A stretch of 63,304 bases of DNA from an uncultured Gemmatimonadaceae bacterium (GTDB taxonomy: Bacteria > Latescibacterota > UBA2968 > UBA8231). Positions within the stretch are counted from its first letter, which is position 1. Each line of letters opens with the position of its first letter. This document shows, in pieces, positions 46,014 through 54,836 of the stretch. The notes below the pieces were generated by a model. That model saw only the letters and a program-made list of their open reading frames with translations. It did no database searches and was not told the DNA's origin. The position numbers and the translations under genes are program-made. The stretch spans positions 1 through 63,304 of the forward strand of contig CAZPXM010000006.1 in assembly GCA_964591015.1 (NCBI GenBank), read 5' to 3'.

Positions 46014-47440
46014 AGTCCTGCGCCTCCAGGTGCCGCCGCCTGCTGCGCCATGCCTGCGGCGCCCGGCTGGCATGGCCGGTGGTGCTGCTCGTCTGGGCGG
46101 TGCCGGAGGCCTGGTCGCAGACGCCTGCGCCCGGAGACTCCGCAGGGGTGCCGGGTGCCGGGGCCGACTCGCTCTGCGTGCCGTTGGGGCCGGCGCCGCC
46201 GTCCGATGCCCGCCAGGCGACCGACGGGCTGCCGGAGAAGGGCCCGGGCGGCCTGGCGAAGGCGCCGCGGGTGGCCACGGACCAGACGGTCGACGCGGTG
46301 CGCTGGGTGGCCAGGCGGCGCCAGCTGACCGTGGGGGGCGTGCCCTACGGATTCACCGGTCTGCCGATCTTCTACTACAGCCCCCACACCGGCTGGAACT
46401 ACGGAGCCCGGGTCCAGTGGACCGACTACCGGCGCCTGCCCTACCGGTACAAGCTCACCGTGCACTCGCTGCATTCCACCTACAACCGCAGCGACTCCTA
46501 CGTGCGCCTCACCGTGCCGCGGATCTCGGGCACCCAGTTCGGCGTCAGCCTGCTGCTCGGTCACAAACGGGACATCCGGGCCCGGTACTACGGCAAGGGC
46601 AACGACTCGGTCCGGCGCCCAGCGCTGCTCGACCCGGACAGCCCCCGGTTCCTGGACGAGGAGTACTACTGCTACGTGCTCGAGGTGCCGCGGGTGATCC
46701 TCGCGCTCATGCGGCATGTGTGCGGGCCCGTGACCGTCGCGGCCGTGGCGGGCGGCGAGAGCCCGAGCATCAGCGCTCGCGGCAGCCGCGCCTACTACCT
46801 CGACGAGGGCACGCCGGATGGCGTCCGGGACGGGCCCACCGGCTTCGTGGGCATGGCTATCGACTGGGATACGCGCGATGACGAGACGATACCGCGCCGG
46901 GGCACCTTCCACGAGTGGTCCTTCGAGACTTCGCGCAACTCGGTGCTCGCCCTGTTCTTCGCCGAGATCGACTACCGTCGGTACACGTTCACCGACGCCC
47001 GCTACTGGCCGCTCACCGAGCGCCTGAACCTGGCGCACCGCAGCGTGTTCGAGGTGCTGGACGGATCGGTGCCCCTGTACGCCTACGGGGAGATCGGCGG
47101 GGCGCAGCGGCGGATCAAGGGGCTGGGCGGCGGCGACTCGCTGCGCGGGTACGACACGCAGCGGTTCACGGACAACGTGCGGTTCTTCACCAACACCGAA
47201 CTGCGGTACCACATGGCCAGCTCGGCGGTCTACCGGCAGAATCTGGAGTGGCACGGCGCGCTGTTCGTGGACACCGGGCGCGTCTGGCCCGACCTCGACG
47301 CGCTCACCATCGCTGGTCTGCACGCGACCGGCGGCGTCGGCCTCCGGGTGTACTGGAACGCCGACTTCGTCGTCCAGACCGCCATGGCGGTCTCGTCGGA
47401 GCAGCTCTACTTCTCGCTCAAGTACCGGAACATCTTCTAG
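46010..47440 (+). CDS. Omp85 (BamA/TamA)-superfamily barrel without POTRA domains
   Basis: Signal peptide; [29 protein letters not shown] loop-6 motif, FVDTGRVW, C-terminal Phe. Confidence 0.88.
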   Translation: MKSCASRCRRLLRHACGARLAWPVVLLVWAVPEAWSQTPAPGDSAGVPGAGADSLCVPLGPAPPSDARQATDGLPEKGPGGLAKAPRVATDQTVDAVRWVARRRQLTVGGVPYGFTGLPIFYYSPHTGWNYGARVQWTDYRRLPYRYKLTVHSLHSTYNRSDSYVRLTVPRISGTQFGVSLLLGHKRDIRARYYGKGNDSVRRPALLDPDSPRFLDEEYYCYVLEVPRVILALMRHVCGPVTVAAVAGGESPSISARGSRAYYLDEGTPDGVRDGPTGFVGMAIDWDTRDDETIPRRGTFHEWSFETSRNSVLALFFAEIDYRRYTFTDARYWPLTERLNLAHRSVFEVLDGSVPLYAYGEIGGAQRRIKGLGGGDSLRGYDTQRFTDNVRFFTNTELRYHMASSAVYRQNLEWHGALFVDTGRVWPDLDALTIAGLHATGGVGLRVYWNADFVVQTAMAVSSEQLYFSLKYRNIF

Positions 47441-48057
47441 GCGACTGCTGGTCCGCCAGGCGACTGCCGGTCCCCGTGGCCGTCGCGGCAGCCAGTGGGC
47501 TCGCGCCGCTCGCTGGCGGGCCGTGCCGCCCGCTGCCACTGGCGTGCCCGGTGCGCGGCCAGCACCGCTGGCACGGCGATCAGCAGGTCCTTGGGCAGCG
47601 GCACCAGTGCGGCCAGCAGCAGCGCCCGCGGCGGCACGGGCTGTTCGAGGACGAAGCGGGCATGGAGGTGCAGGCCGAGGATGCCGCAGGCATCGACGAC
47701 GGCCACGGCGGCGAGCGCGGCGAGCACGGCCCGCCCGAGCGAGCAGGCAGGCGTGCGGCACAGCAGACCCACGGCAGCGGCGGCGGCCGGGAAGCCCGCC
47801 AGGAAGCCGAAGGTCGGCTGGAGCACGTACTGCGGCCCCCCGCCGCAGGCGAACACCGGCAGGCCCGCCAGGCCGGCCGCCAGGTACAGCGCCTGGCTGC
47901 ACGCTCCCGCGCGCGGGCCCAGCCAGGCGCCAGCCGCGCACACGCCGGCCAGCTGCAGCGTGAGCGGCACGTGGGGCAAGGGAATGCGGACGGCTGCTCC
48001 CGCGGCGGTGACTGCGGCGGCGACCGCCACGCGCACGAGGCGCGCGGTCGGGGTCAC
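47437..48057 (-). CDS. bioY: Biotin transporter BioY (S component)
   Basis: GTG overlapping the accD stop; VPLTLQ..AG..LG, YL..GL.GLPVFA.GGG..Y...PTFGFL.GF. Confidence 0.92.
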   Translation of the reverse strand: MTPTARLVRVAVAAAVTAAGAAVRIPLPHVPLTLQLAGVCAAGAWLGPRAGACSQALYLAAGLAGLPVFACGGGPQYVLQPTFGFLAGFPAAAAAVGLLCRTPACSLGRAVLAALAAVAVVDACGILGLHLHARFVLEQPVPPRALLLAALVPLPKDLLIAVPAVLAAHRARQWQRAARPASERREPTGCRDGHGDRQSPGGPAVA

Positions 48058-48944
48058 TGGCGCGCCGTGCCGCTGGCGCCGGCGTCCGCGGCCTCCACCG
48101 GCTCCGGCGCGAGCAGACCGATGAGCTGCGCCAGCTCTCCGGCGAGCCGGTCGCGCGGCACGATGCGGTCGATGAAGCCATGGGCGAGGACGGTCTCGGC
48201 CAGCTGGAACCCTGCCGGCAGCGACTCGGCGCCGAGGAACTGCTTGATGACGTTCTGGCCAGCGAAGCCGACGCGCGCCTGCGGCTCGGCCAGGATCACG
48301 TCCCCGAGCATTCCGAAGCTGGCGGTGACGCCGCCGTACGTCGGATCGGTGAGGACGGCGATGTAGAGCAGGCCGCTGTTCGCCAGCTGGCGCAGCTTGG
48401 CGCTGATCTTGGCCATCTGCATCAGGGAGTACGCGCTCTCCATCATGCGCGCCCCGCCCGACTGGCAGACCAGCACCAGCGTGCGCCGGTCGGCCAGGGC
48501 GCGGTCGATCAGGCGCACGATCTTCTCTCCCGTGGCGCCGCCGAGGGAACCGGCGATGAAGCGCATGTCCATGACGCCGAGCGCCACGCGGTGGCCGCCG
48601 ATGGTGGCCGTGCCGGTCAGCACCGCCTCGTTCAGGCCGGTCTCCCGGCGGGCAGCCTTGAGGCGTTCCGTGTAGCGCTTGGTGTCGCGGAAGTGGAGCG
48701 CGTCCGCGGCCGTCAGCGTCGCGTCCAGCTCGGCGAAGCTGCCGGCGTCCGTCAGCAGCTGGACGTACTTCTGCGCGTCGATGGCGAAGTGATGGCCGCA
48801 CTCCGGGCAGATCCAGCAGCTCCGGGCGAGAGCCAGCTCGTACAAGGTGCGGTTGCACTGGTCGCACTTGCGCCATATGCCGCCAGGAATGTCGCGGCGG
48901 ATGCGCGTCGTGAGACCCGACTTCATGCGCTCGAACCAGTTCAT
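48054..48944 (-). CDS. accD: Acetyl-CoA carboxylase carboxyltransferase beta subunit
   Basis: WRKCDQC..CPECGHH zinc finger, SGGARMME..SLMQMAK, PTYGGVTASF, GFAG, HGFID. Confidence 0.96.
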   Translation of the reverse strand: MNWFERMKSGLTTRIRRDIPGGIWRKCDQCNRTLYELALARSCWICPECGHHFAIDAQKYVQLLTDAGSFAELDATLTAADALHFRDTKRYTERLKAARRETGLNEAVLTGTATIGGHRVALGVMDMRFIAGSLGGATGEKIVRLIDRALADRRTLVLVCQSGGARMMESAYSLMQMAKISAKLRQLANSGLLYIAVLTDPTYGGVTASFGMLGDVILAEPQARVGFAGQNVIKQFLGAESLPAGFQLAETVLAHGFIDRIVPRDRLAGELAQLIGLLAPEPVEAADAGASGTARQ

Positions 48945-48978
48945 CACGGGCTCCGTCTGCCGGCGAGGCCGCGGCGTC

Positions 48979-49368
48979 TCAGCGCCTGTTCCGGCGTCGC
49001 AGCTCCACATAGGCCAGGCCTGCGGTCACCAACAGGCCTGCGGACGCGATCAGCACGGGACGCAGCAGGTGCGGGGCGCGGCCGCCGCTGCCGGCGCTTT
49101 GCCGGGCGACGGCCGGGCTGGCGGGACGGCGCTCCAGCGAGGCCAGCAGGCGCTCGGCAGCCGCATCCGGAGCGGGCGTCTCGCTGGGGGCCGCTGCCTG
49201 GCGGACCACTTCGTCGGTCCGCCGCAGGAGCTCGAAGGCGGCGCGGACACGCCCGTCCAGTGCCAGACGCTCCAGCAGCACCCCCTGACGAGCGGGTCCC
49301 AACTCGCCGTCCAGGTAGGCGGACAGCTCTTCGTCCAGCGGCGCGGGTCGCCGCAGCAGCTCGAACAT
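48979..49368 (-). CDS. Anti-sigma factor (RseA-like N-domain plus a single C-terminal TM)
   Basis: EELSAYLDGEL motif; follows the ECF sigma gene; hydrophobic VLIASAGLLVTAGLAYV near the C-terminus. Confidence 0.85.
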   Translation of the reverse strand: MFELLRRPAPLDEELSAYLDGELGPARQGVLLERLALDGRVRAAFELLRRTDEVVRQAAAPSETPAPDAAAERLLASLERRPASPAVARQSAGSGGRAPHLLRPVLIASAGLLVTAGLAYVELRRRNRR

Positions 49369-49399
49369 GGCACCCTACTCCGAGTCTGGAGGGCGGGCA

Positions 49400-50011
49400 T
49401 CACAGCAGCCCGTGGGCCGCCAGCGACGTGGCCAGCCGTCGGCGTGCCGCGTGCAGGCGCGACGCCACCGTCCCCACCGGGATCGACAGGATCGCGCTGA
49501 TCTCGGCGTACGACAGCTCCTCCATGCTGTTCAGCAGCAGCACCTGACGAAGGTCGTCAGGCAGCTCGCCGATGAGGGCGACGATACGGGCCCGCGTCTC
49601 GCGCGAGAGCAGCTGGCCCTCCGGACTGGCCGCCGCCGGTGAGGCTGCGGCCGGGCTGGCCACGTCGCTGCTCGGCTCGCTCGCATGCAGGCCGAGGCGA
49701 TACCAGGCGCTGCGCGACCGGTCCCGCCGCCGGTTGAGGCTGAGACGCAGCACGATGCGCATGATCCACGTGCGCAGGGAGGCCTCGCCGCGGAAGGAGC
49801 CTATCGCTCCATGGATCTTGAGGAACGCGTCCTGAGCCACCTCTTCGGCATCGAGCCGGTCGCCCAGGAGCCGGTAGGCCAGCCCGTAGGCCGCCGGGTA
49901 GTGCTCGCGGACGAGCTGGCTGAAGGCAGCGCGGTCGCCGGCGGCGATCCGAACGGCGCGCTGCTGATCGTCGGCGTGCAGCCGGAGGCGAGGCTGAGTT
50001 CGTTCGTCCAT
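49400..50011 (-). CDS. ECF RNA polymerase sigma factor
   Basis: GDRAAFSQLV, DAEEVAQDAFLK..SFRGEASLRTWIMRI (region 2), LSYAEISAILSIPVGTVASRLHAAR (region 4); ATG at 50011. Confidence 0.95.
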   Translation of the reverse strand: MDERTQPRLRLHADDQQRAVRIAAGDRAAFSQLVREHYPAAYGLAYRLLGDRLDAEEVAQDAFLKIHGAIGSFRGEASLRTWIMRIVLRLSLNRRRDRSRSAWYRLGLHASEPSSDVASPAAASPAAASPEGQLLSRETRARIVALIGELPDDLRQVLLLNSMEELSYAEISAILSIPVGTVASRLHAARRRLATSLAAHGLL

Positions 50012-50498
50012 GGCCTGAAGCAGTGGCCCCGAGCGGGTGGCCGCGCGCGCTGCCGGCGGGCGGACCGCCGCCCGCGCTGGTCCGGCGCTGCCATCGGCAG
50101 CCGCCTCCCGCCGCAGCGTCCGCTCGCGCGCGCCGGCTTCCGGCGCCGGCAGGACCGGGCGGCCGCGCGAGCCCTCATCGACCCGATAGACACCGGTTCG
50201 CCGTGGCTCGTTCGCCGTCGCCAGGGACTCCAAGTGTACTGCCTGGCGCGGCCCTGCGGCAACGCCGGCGAGCAGGCGGCCGCGCCCCGGCACTGAGCGA
50301 CGGGCTGCTGGGCTGGCCACCGGGACCCCCGCCACGCAAGCCCGCAGGCGGGATCTCTGCAGGGCCAGCCCAAGGGGGGCCGTCCGCTCGCCCGCCTGCA
50401 GGCGGCGCTTCGGCAAGCGCCACATTGACATGGCGCTCGCCGTGCGCATCTTTGGAGCGCTCCGCACAGGGAAATCCGGGCTCGCCGAAAGGGGGAAG

Positions 50499-51629
50499 AT
50501 GCTGGTTCGACTGGTGATCCTGGTTCTAACGATGTGGTGGCCGGCTCGACAATGCCTGGCGACGGAAGCGAGCGTGCCGGACTCCGTGCGCAAGTACCGT
50601 TTTCTGGCGAAGGCGGCGCGCGACAAGGGCGAACACGAGGCGGCGATCGCCTACTACCGCGAATACCTCAAGTACCAGCCGGACGACGTTCTCGCTCATT
50701 ACCGGCTCGGACAGGCGTGCCTGAGCACCGGGGACGGCCCAGCGGCCAAGCAGGCTCTCTACGGAGCCCTGGCGCTGGATTCGCTGCACGTGAACAGCAA
50801 TCTCCTGCTCTACAGCATCTATGCCGGGGACGATGCGCCGGACTCCGCAGCCGCGTGCCTGGAGCGGGTCGTCTCGGTCAGGCCGGATGACGTCGAGAAG
50901 CGGCGGGCCTTGGCAGATCTGTACGGGCGGATGGGCGCCACGGAGCGAGCCATCGAGCACTACGAGAAGCTGGCCGAGCAGCTGGATGAGCCGGCCGAGC
51001 TCGTGCAGTTGCTGGCGGCCCTGCACGAGGACGCGGGCGACGTGCGCGCGGCGCTCAGGTGGCGGAGCAGGTTGCTGGGAGGCAGCCGGGAGCAGGGCGA
51101 CGTGGCCGGTGAGCTGGAGGCGCTCGAGTCCATGCTGCGCCTGCAGCTGGCTGCCGGAGAGATAGACACTGCGTACCAGACGCTGGAGGCGTTGGCGCGG
51201 ATCGACACCGCGAACCGGTACTCCTACTACAGCCGGATGGCGACGCTGGCCCAGGAGTTCGACGACGCGGCGATGCGGCTGCGGGGCTGGGAGGGGATGG
51301 TGGCGGCCAACCCCCGCGACGTGGAGACGGTGGCGGCCCTCGCGGAGCACTGCCTGAACGAGAATCGGCTCGAGCGCGCCGAGGCATGGTTGAGGCGCGG
51401 TCTGCGAGTGGAGGGCGACAATGCCCATCTCCAGCTTCTGCGAGGGGATCTGCTGGTCCGCAAGGGCGATGACGAAGGTGCCCTGGCCGCCTTCGAGCTG
51501 GCCAAGGCGAACCCGCGCTGGGAGGCTGTAGCGCAGCAGCGCATCTGGCAGCTCAGACCACCGGAGACGGCGGAGGAGAAGCTGCGGAAGGCCTTCTTCG
51601 GGGCCGGCAAGGGCTCGAGCGGGGAGTGA
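50499..51629 (+). CDS. Exported TPR-repeat protein
   Basis: Signal peptide MLVRLVILVLTM..CLA; multiple TPR-like repeats; TTGACA at 50425 upstream. Confidence 0.85.
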   Translation: MLVRLVILVLTMWWPARQCLATEASVPDSVRKYRFLAKAARDKGEHEAAIAYYREYLKYQPDDVLAHYRLGQACLSTGDGPAAKQALYGALALDSLHVNSNLLLYSIYAGDDAPDSAAACLERVVSVRPDDVEKRRALADLYGRMGATERAIEHYEKLAEQLDEPAELVQLLAALHEDAGDVRAALRWRSRLLGGSREQGDVAGELEALESMLRLQLAAGEIDTAYQTLEALARIDTANRYSYYSRMATLAQEFDDAAMRLRGWEGMVAANPRDVETVAALAEHCLNENRLERAEAWLRRGLRVEGDNAHLQLLRGDLLVRKGDDEGALAAFELAKANPRWEAVAQQRIWQLRPPETAEEKLRKAFFGAGKGSSGE

Positions 51630-51696
51630 GTCGGGCCCCTCGCCGCGGTCGAGAAGGCACGGCTGGTTGCATATGTCCTGAGCCAGAGGAGGAGAG

Positions 51697-52332
51697 ATGG
51701 TCAAGTACTTCGTGGATGGCGGGTGGGCCATGTGGCCCCTGTTGTTCCTGCTGGTGATGGGCATCGGCTTCGCGATCGAGCGTCTCATAACCCTGTCGCG
51801 GGCTGCCATCGACGCCGAGCACTTCTTCAAACAGCTCGAACAGGCTCTGCGGAGCGGCGGGCCAGAGAAGGCCGCCGAGCTGTGCTCGCAGACGCGCGGG
51901 CCAGTCGCCTCGGTCATCCACGCCGGCCTCTTGCGGCTGCACCGCGGCATAGATCATGTCGAGAAGGCGATCGAGAACTCCGGCGCCGTGGAGATGGCCT
52001 TCCTGGAGAGGGGCATGGTCTGGCTCTCCACCGTGGCCAACCTGGCCCCCATGATCGGCTTCCTGGGCACGGTGAGCGGCATGATCAACTCGTTCCAGGC
52101 CATCCGCGAGGTCGGCGACGTGGTGCCGGCCAGGGTGGCAGGCGGCATCTCCGAGGCGCTGATCACGACCGCGGCCGGGCTGATCATCGGCATCGTCATC
52201 CAGTTCTGCTACAACTACTTCGCCTCGCGGATCGATCGGATCATCGCCGACATGCAGGAACACACGGCGGCGTTCATCGACCTGCTCTCCGAGCTGCAGT
52301 ACGAGCGCGTGGCGGAAGGAGCGCGAACGTGA
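51697..52332 (+). CDS. exbB: MotA/TolQ/ExbB proton channel
   Basis: GGWAMWPL, LAPMIGFLGTVSGMI.SF, AGGISEALITTAAGL; GAGGAGGAG RBS. Confidence 0.93.
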   Translation: MVKYFVDGGWAMWPLLFLLVMGIGFAIERLITLSRAAIDAEHFFKQLEQALRSGGPEKAAELCSQTRGPVASVIHAGLLRLHRGIDHVEKAIENSGAVEMAFLERGMVWLSTVANLAPMIGFLGTVSGMINSFQAIREVGDVVPARVAGGISEALITTAAGLIIGIVIQFCYNYFASRIDRIIADMQEHTAAFIDLLSELQYERVAEGART

Positions 52333-52757
52333 AGTGGGTGCGCGGGGCGCGGGTCCTCCCGGAGATCCCCACGGCCTCCATGGCAGACATCGCTTTCCTG
52401 CTGATCTGCTTCTTCCTGGTCTCGACGACCATGAACCAGGACAAGGGGCTGTCGCTGCATCTGCCGGCCATGGGCGAGGGCAAGGAAGTGCAGAGCCGCA
52501 ACATCTGCAACCTCTGGATCAATGCCCAGGACGATGTGGCCATCTTCGAGGATGACCAGCTCAAGCCGCTGCCCTTCTCCGGACTGCGCGACGAGTTGCG
52601 GCGGCGCCTCGCAGAGAACGAGAGCCTGATCATCTCGGTGAAGACCGAACGGGGGGCCACCTACCGGACCTTCATCGACGTGCTGGACGAGGTCAAGCTG
52701 GCCTTCTCCGACCTGGCGCGACCCACCAAGATCTCCATCGCCAATCCCGAAGGGTGA
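52329..52757 (+). CDS. exbD: ExbD/TolR family protein (copy 1)
   Basis: GTGA overlap; EIPTASMADIAFLLICFFLVST TM with the conserved Asp; IDVLDEVK. Confidence 0.92.
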   Translation: MKWVRGARVLPEIPTASMADIAFLLICFFLVSTTMNQDKGLSLHLPAMGEGKEVQSRNICNLWINAQDDVAIFEDDQLKPLPFSGLRDELRRRLAENESLIISVKTERGATYRTFIDVLDEVKLAFSDLARPTKISIANPEG

Positions 52758-52761
52758 GCCG

Positions 52762-53175
52762 ATGAGATTCGCACGCAAATCCAAGGTGGCGTCGGTCATC
52801 CCCACCGCCTCCATGGCGGACATCTCGTTCCTGCTGCTGGTCTTCTTCATGGTGTCCACGGTCTTCGTGCGCTACCGCGGCATCCCGGTGCAGCTGCCGG
52901 AAGCGGAGAAGATCGAGATGCTGGAGAGCCGGCGTCACGTCACCGCCATCTGGATAGACCGTGACGGCCGCATCAACATCGACGATCAGACGGTCCCGCT
53001 GCAGCAGGTGGGACGCGTGGTGCATGCCAAGCTGAGCGCGAACCCGCGCACGGTGGTGTCGATCCGCGGCGATGAACAGGCCAGTTTCGGACTGGTCTCC
53101 GATCTGCTGGAGGAACTCCGCAAGGTCGAGGCGCTGCGCGTCAACTTCTCAACCAGGCGGGAGGCGCAGCCATGA
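52762..53175 (+). CDS. exbD: ExbD/TolR family protein (copy 2)
   Basis: IPTASMADISFLLLVFFMVST; IRGDEQASFG. Confidence 0.92.
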   Translation: MRFARKSKVASVIPTASMADISFLLLVFFMVSTVFVRYRGIPVQLPEAEKIEMLESRRHVTAIWIDRDGRINIDDQTVPLQQVGRVVHAKLSANPRTVVSIRGDEQASFGLVSDLLEELRKVEALRVNFSTRREAQP

Positions 53176-53843
53176 TCCGGGGCAAGCAGCCCGAAGCCAA
53201 CCTGCGGTTGACGTACGCGCGCACCCTGTGGTTGAGCTTCGGCGCCTCTGTCCTGCTCCATGGCCTGCTGTTCGCGGCTTTCCCGGAGTTCCGCCCCAGG
53301 GCCTACCAGAAGGTCGAGCAGCCACTCGTCATCCAGCTGGAGGAGATCCCGGAGACGCGGCAGGAGCGCCGGCCCCCCGCTCCCGTGCGGCCGGTGGTGC
53401 CCATCGCCACCGACAGGCCCGAGGTGCCGAGCGACGTGACGATCGAGGACACCGACCTGGATCTGAGTCTGCTCGAGGAGCTGCCGCCACCGCCGCCGCT
53501 GGTGGAGGAGTCGGCGGCGCCGGCGGCCGTGGAGCTCGAGGAAGAGGAAGAAGAAGAGATCGTCGAGCTCTGGAAGGTGGAGAAGCAGCCGGAGGTGACC
53601 AAGCGCGTGCTGCCGCAGTATCCGGAGCTGGCGCTGAAGGCGAGCATCACGGGTAAGGTCTTCGTGACCGTGCTGGTCAACAAGGACGGCAAGGTGGAGC
53701 GGGTCGGCAAGATCACCGGCCCGGAGGTCTTCCACGAAGCGGCGATCAGCGCGGCCATGCAGTGGGAGTTCACTCCGGCCATCCAGAACGACCGCCCGGT
53801 GCGGGTCTGGGTGAGTCTGCCGTTCACGTTCACGCTCGAGTAG
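53172..53843 (+). CDS. tonB: Energy transducer TonB
   Basis: N-terminal TM with SVLLH, Pro/Glu-rich linker, PQYPELA..ITGKV..WEFTPA C-domain. Confidence 0.93.
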   Translation: MIRGKQPEANLRLTYARTLWLSFGASVLLHGLLFAAFPEFRPRAYQKVEQPLVIQLEEIPETRQERRPPAPVRPVVPIATDRPEVPSDVTIEDTDLDLSLLEELPPPPPLVEESAAPAAVELEEEEEEEIVELWKVEKQPEVTKRVLPQYPELALKASITGKVFVTVLVNKDGKVERVGKITGPEVFHEAAISAAMQWEFTPAIQNDRPVRVWVSLPFTFTLE

Positions 53844-54028
53844 ACGACGCCAGGCGGCCAGCCGCGGCTGTGCTGGTTCGCCCTTTCCCGGCACGCAACT
53901 GGTTGCGGCATAGAGCCCTTGTTGATATTCTTGGGCCACTGCGCCGGGCTGCTGGCACATTCTCCCCGCCGCTGTGCAGATCGCCCGCGTTCCCTCCCCG
54001 ACGAGTCGAGCTGGAGGTGTGGGCGGCG

Positions 54029-54478
54029 ATGCGATGCCCCTACTGCAACTGCCTGGACGACAAGGTGGTCGACTCGCGCGCCTGCCGCGAGGGCATGGCC
54101 ATTCGCCGGCGGCGCGAGTGCCTGCGGTGCGCGCGCCGGTTCACCACCTACGAGTACATCGAGCAGGTGCCGCTGACCGTCATCAAGGTGGACGGACGGC
54201 GCGAGCCCTTCGATCGCGGCAAGCTGCTGGAGAAGATCCAGCTGGCCTGCTACAAGACCACGGTGTCCGCCGAACAGATCGAGGAGCTGGTGGACCAGGT
54301 GGAGAGCGAGGTGGCCAGTCTCGCGGAGAAGGAAGTGCCCAGCAAGGTGATCGGCGAGCTGGTCATGGAGCGCCTGCGCCGGCTCAACGAGGTCGCGTAC
54401 GTGCGCTTCGCGTCGGTCTACCGGCAGTTCAAGGACCGGAGCGACTTCGTGCGGGAACTCGAGCAGCTGCGATCGTGA
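54029..54478 (+). CDS. nrdR: Transcriptional repressor NrdR
   Basis: [31 protein letters not shown] cone, [13 protein letters not shown]. Confidence 0.98.
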   Translation: MRCPYCNCLDDKVVDSRACREGMAIRRRRECLRCARRFTTYEYIEQVPLTVIKVDGRREPFDRGKLLEKIQLACYKTTVSAEQIEELVDQVESEVASLAEKEVPSKVIGELVMERLRRLNEVAYVRFASVYRQFKDRSDFVRELEQLRS

Positions 54479-54625
54479 CGCCAGGGGGCCCCAGAGTCGC
54501 TTCCCGGCGCTCTGGCAGCATCCACGAGCGCTGCCGCTGCACCGCACCGCAGGAGGAGTCCCTGTCTCCACCGTGGGCCAGTGCGTTCGGCTGCAGGAGG
54601 CTGCAGCCCTCGGCAAAAGTACTGC

Positions 54626-54711
54626 TTGACAGGCGCCCCTGCCCGGCTATCTTTGGCCCGTCCACAAGATGTTGTGGACAGACGCATGGCTGGCCGCACA
54701 TGATGTAGCGG
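54626..54711 (+). promoter_or_regulatory. nrdJ promoter with tandem NrdR boxes
   Basis: TTGACA-N16-TATCTT (54626-54653), then near-palindrome CCACAAGATGTTGTGG (54662-54677) and a weaker copy GCACATGATGTAGCGG (54696-54711). Confidence 0.8.
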
Positions 54712-54836
54712 CGGCTCTGCTGTGCCTCCCCAGAACCCGCAGCCATTCACGGACTGACCGCAGACTCCCGGGAGCATGGAGGCGGGCGTGCGTCCCCTCT
54801 CGTCCGCGCGGCTTCCCGGAGCTGACAGGAGGAAGC

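Noticed and set aside
44592-46073. Long in-frame extension of rpmI as a hidden infC or fusion
   Set aside because: The translation has no IF3 motifs and is largely antisense to surE.
50012-50626. N-terminal extension making a 408-aa sigma factor
   Set aside because: Low-complexity Ala/Arg/Pro read-through of GC-rich intergenic DNA overlapping the divergent TPR gene; ECF homology begins near 50011.
53880-53970. sigma54 promoter upstream of nrdR (TGGCAC / CGGCAC)
   Set aside because: The -24-like elements lack a correctly spaced -12 TTGC.
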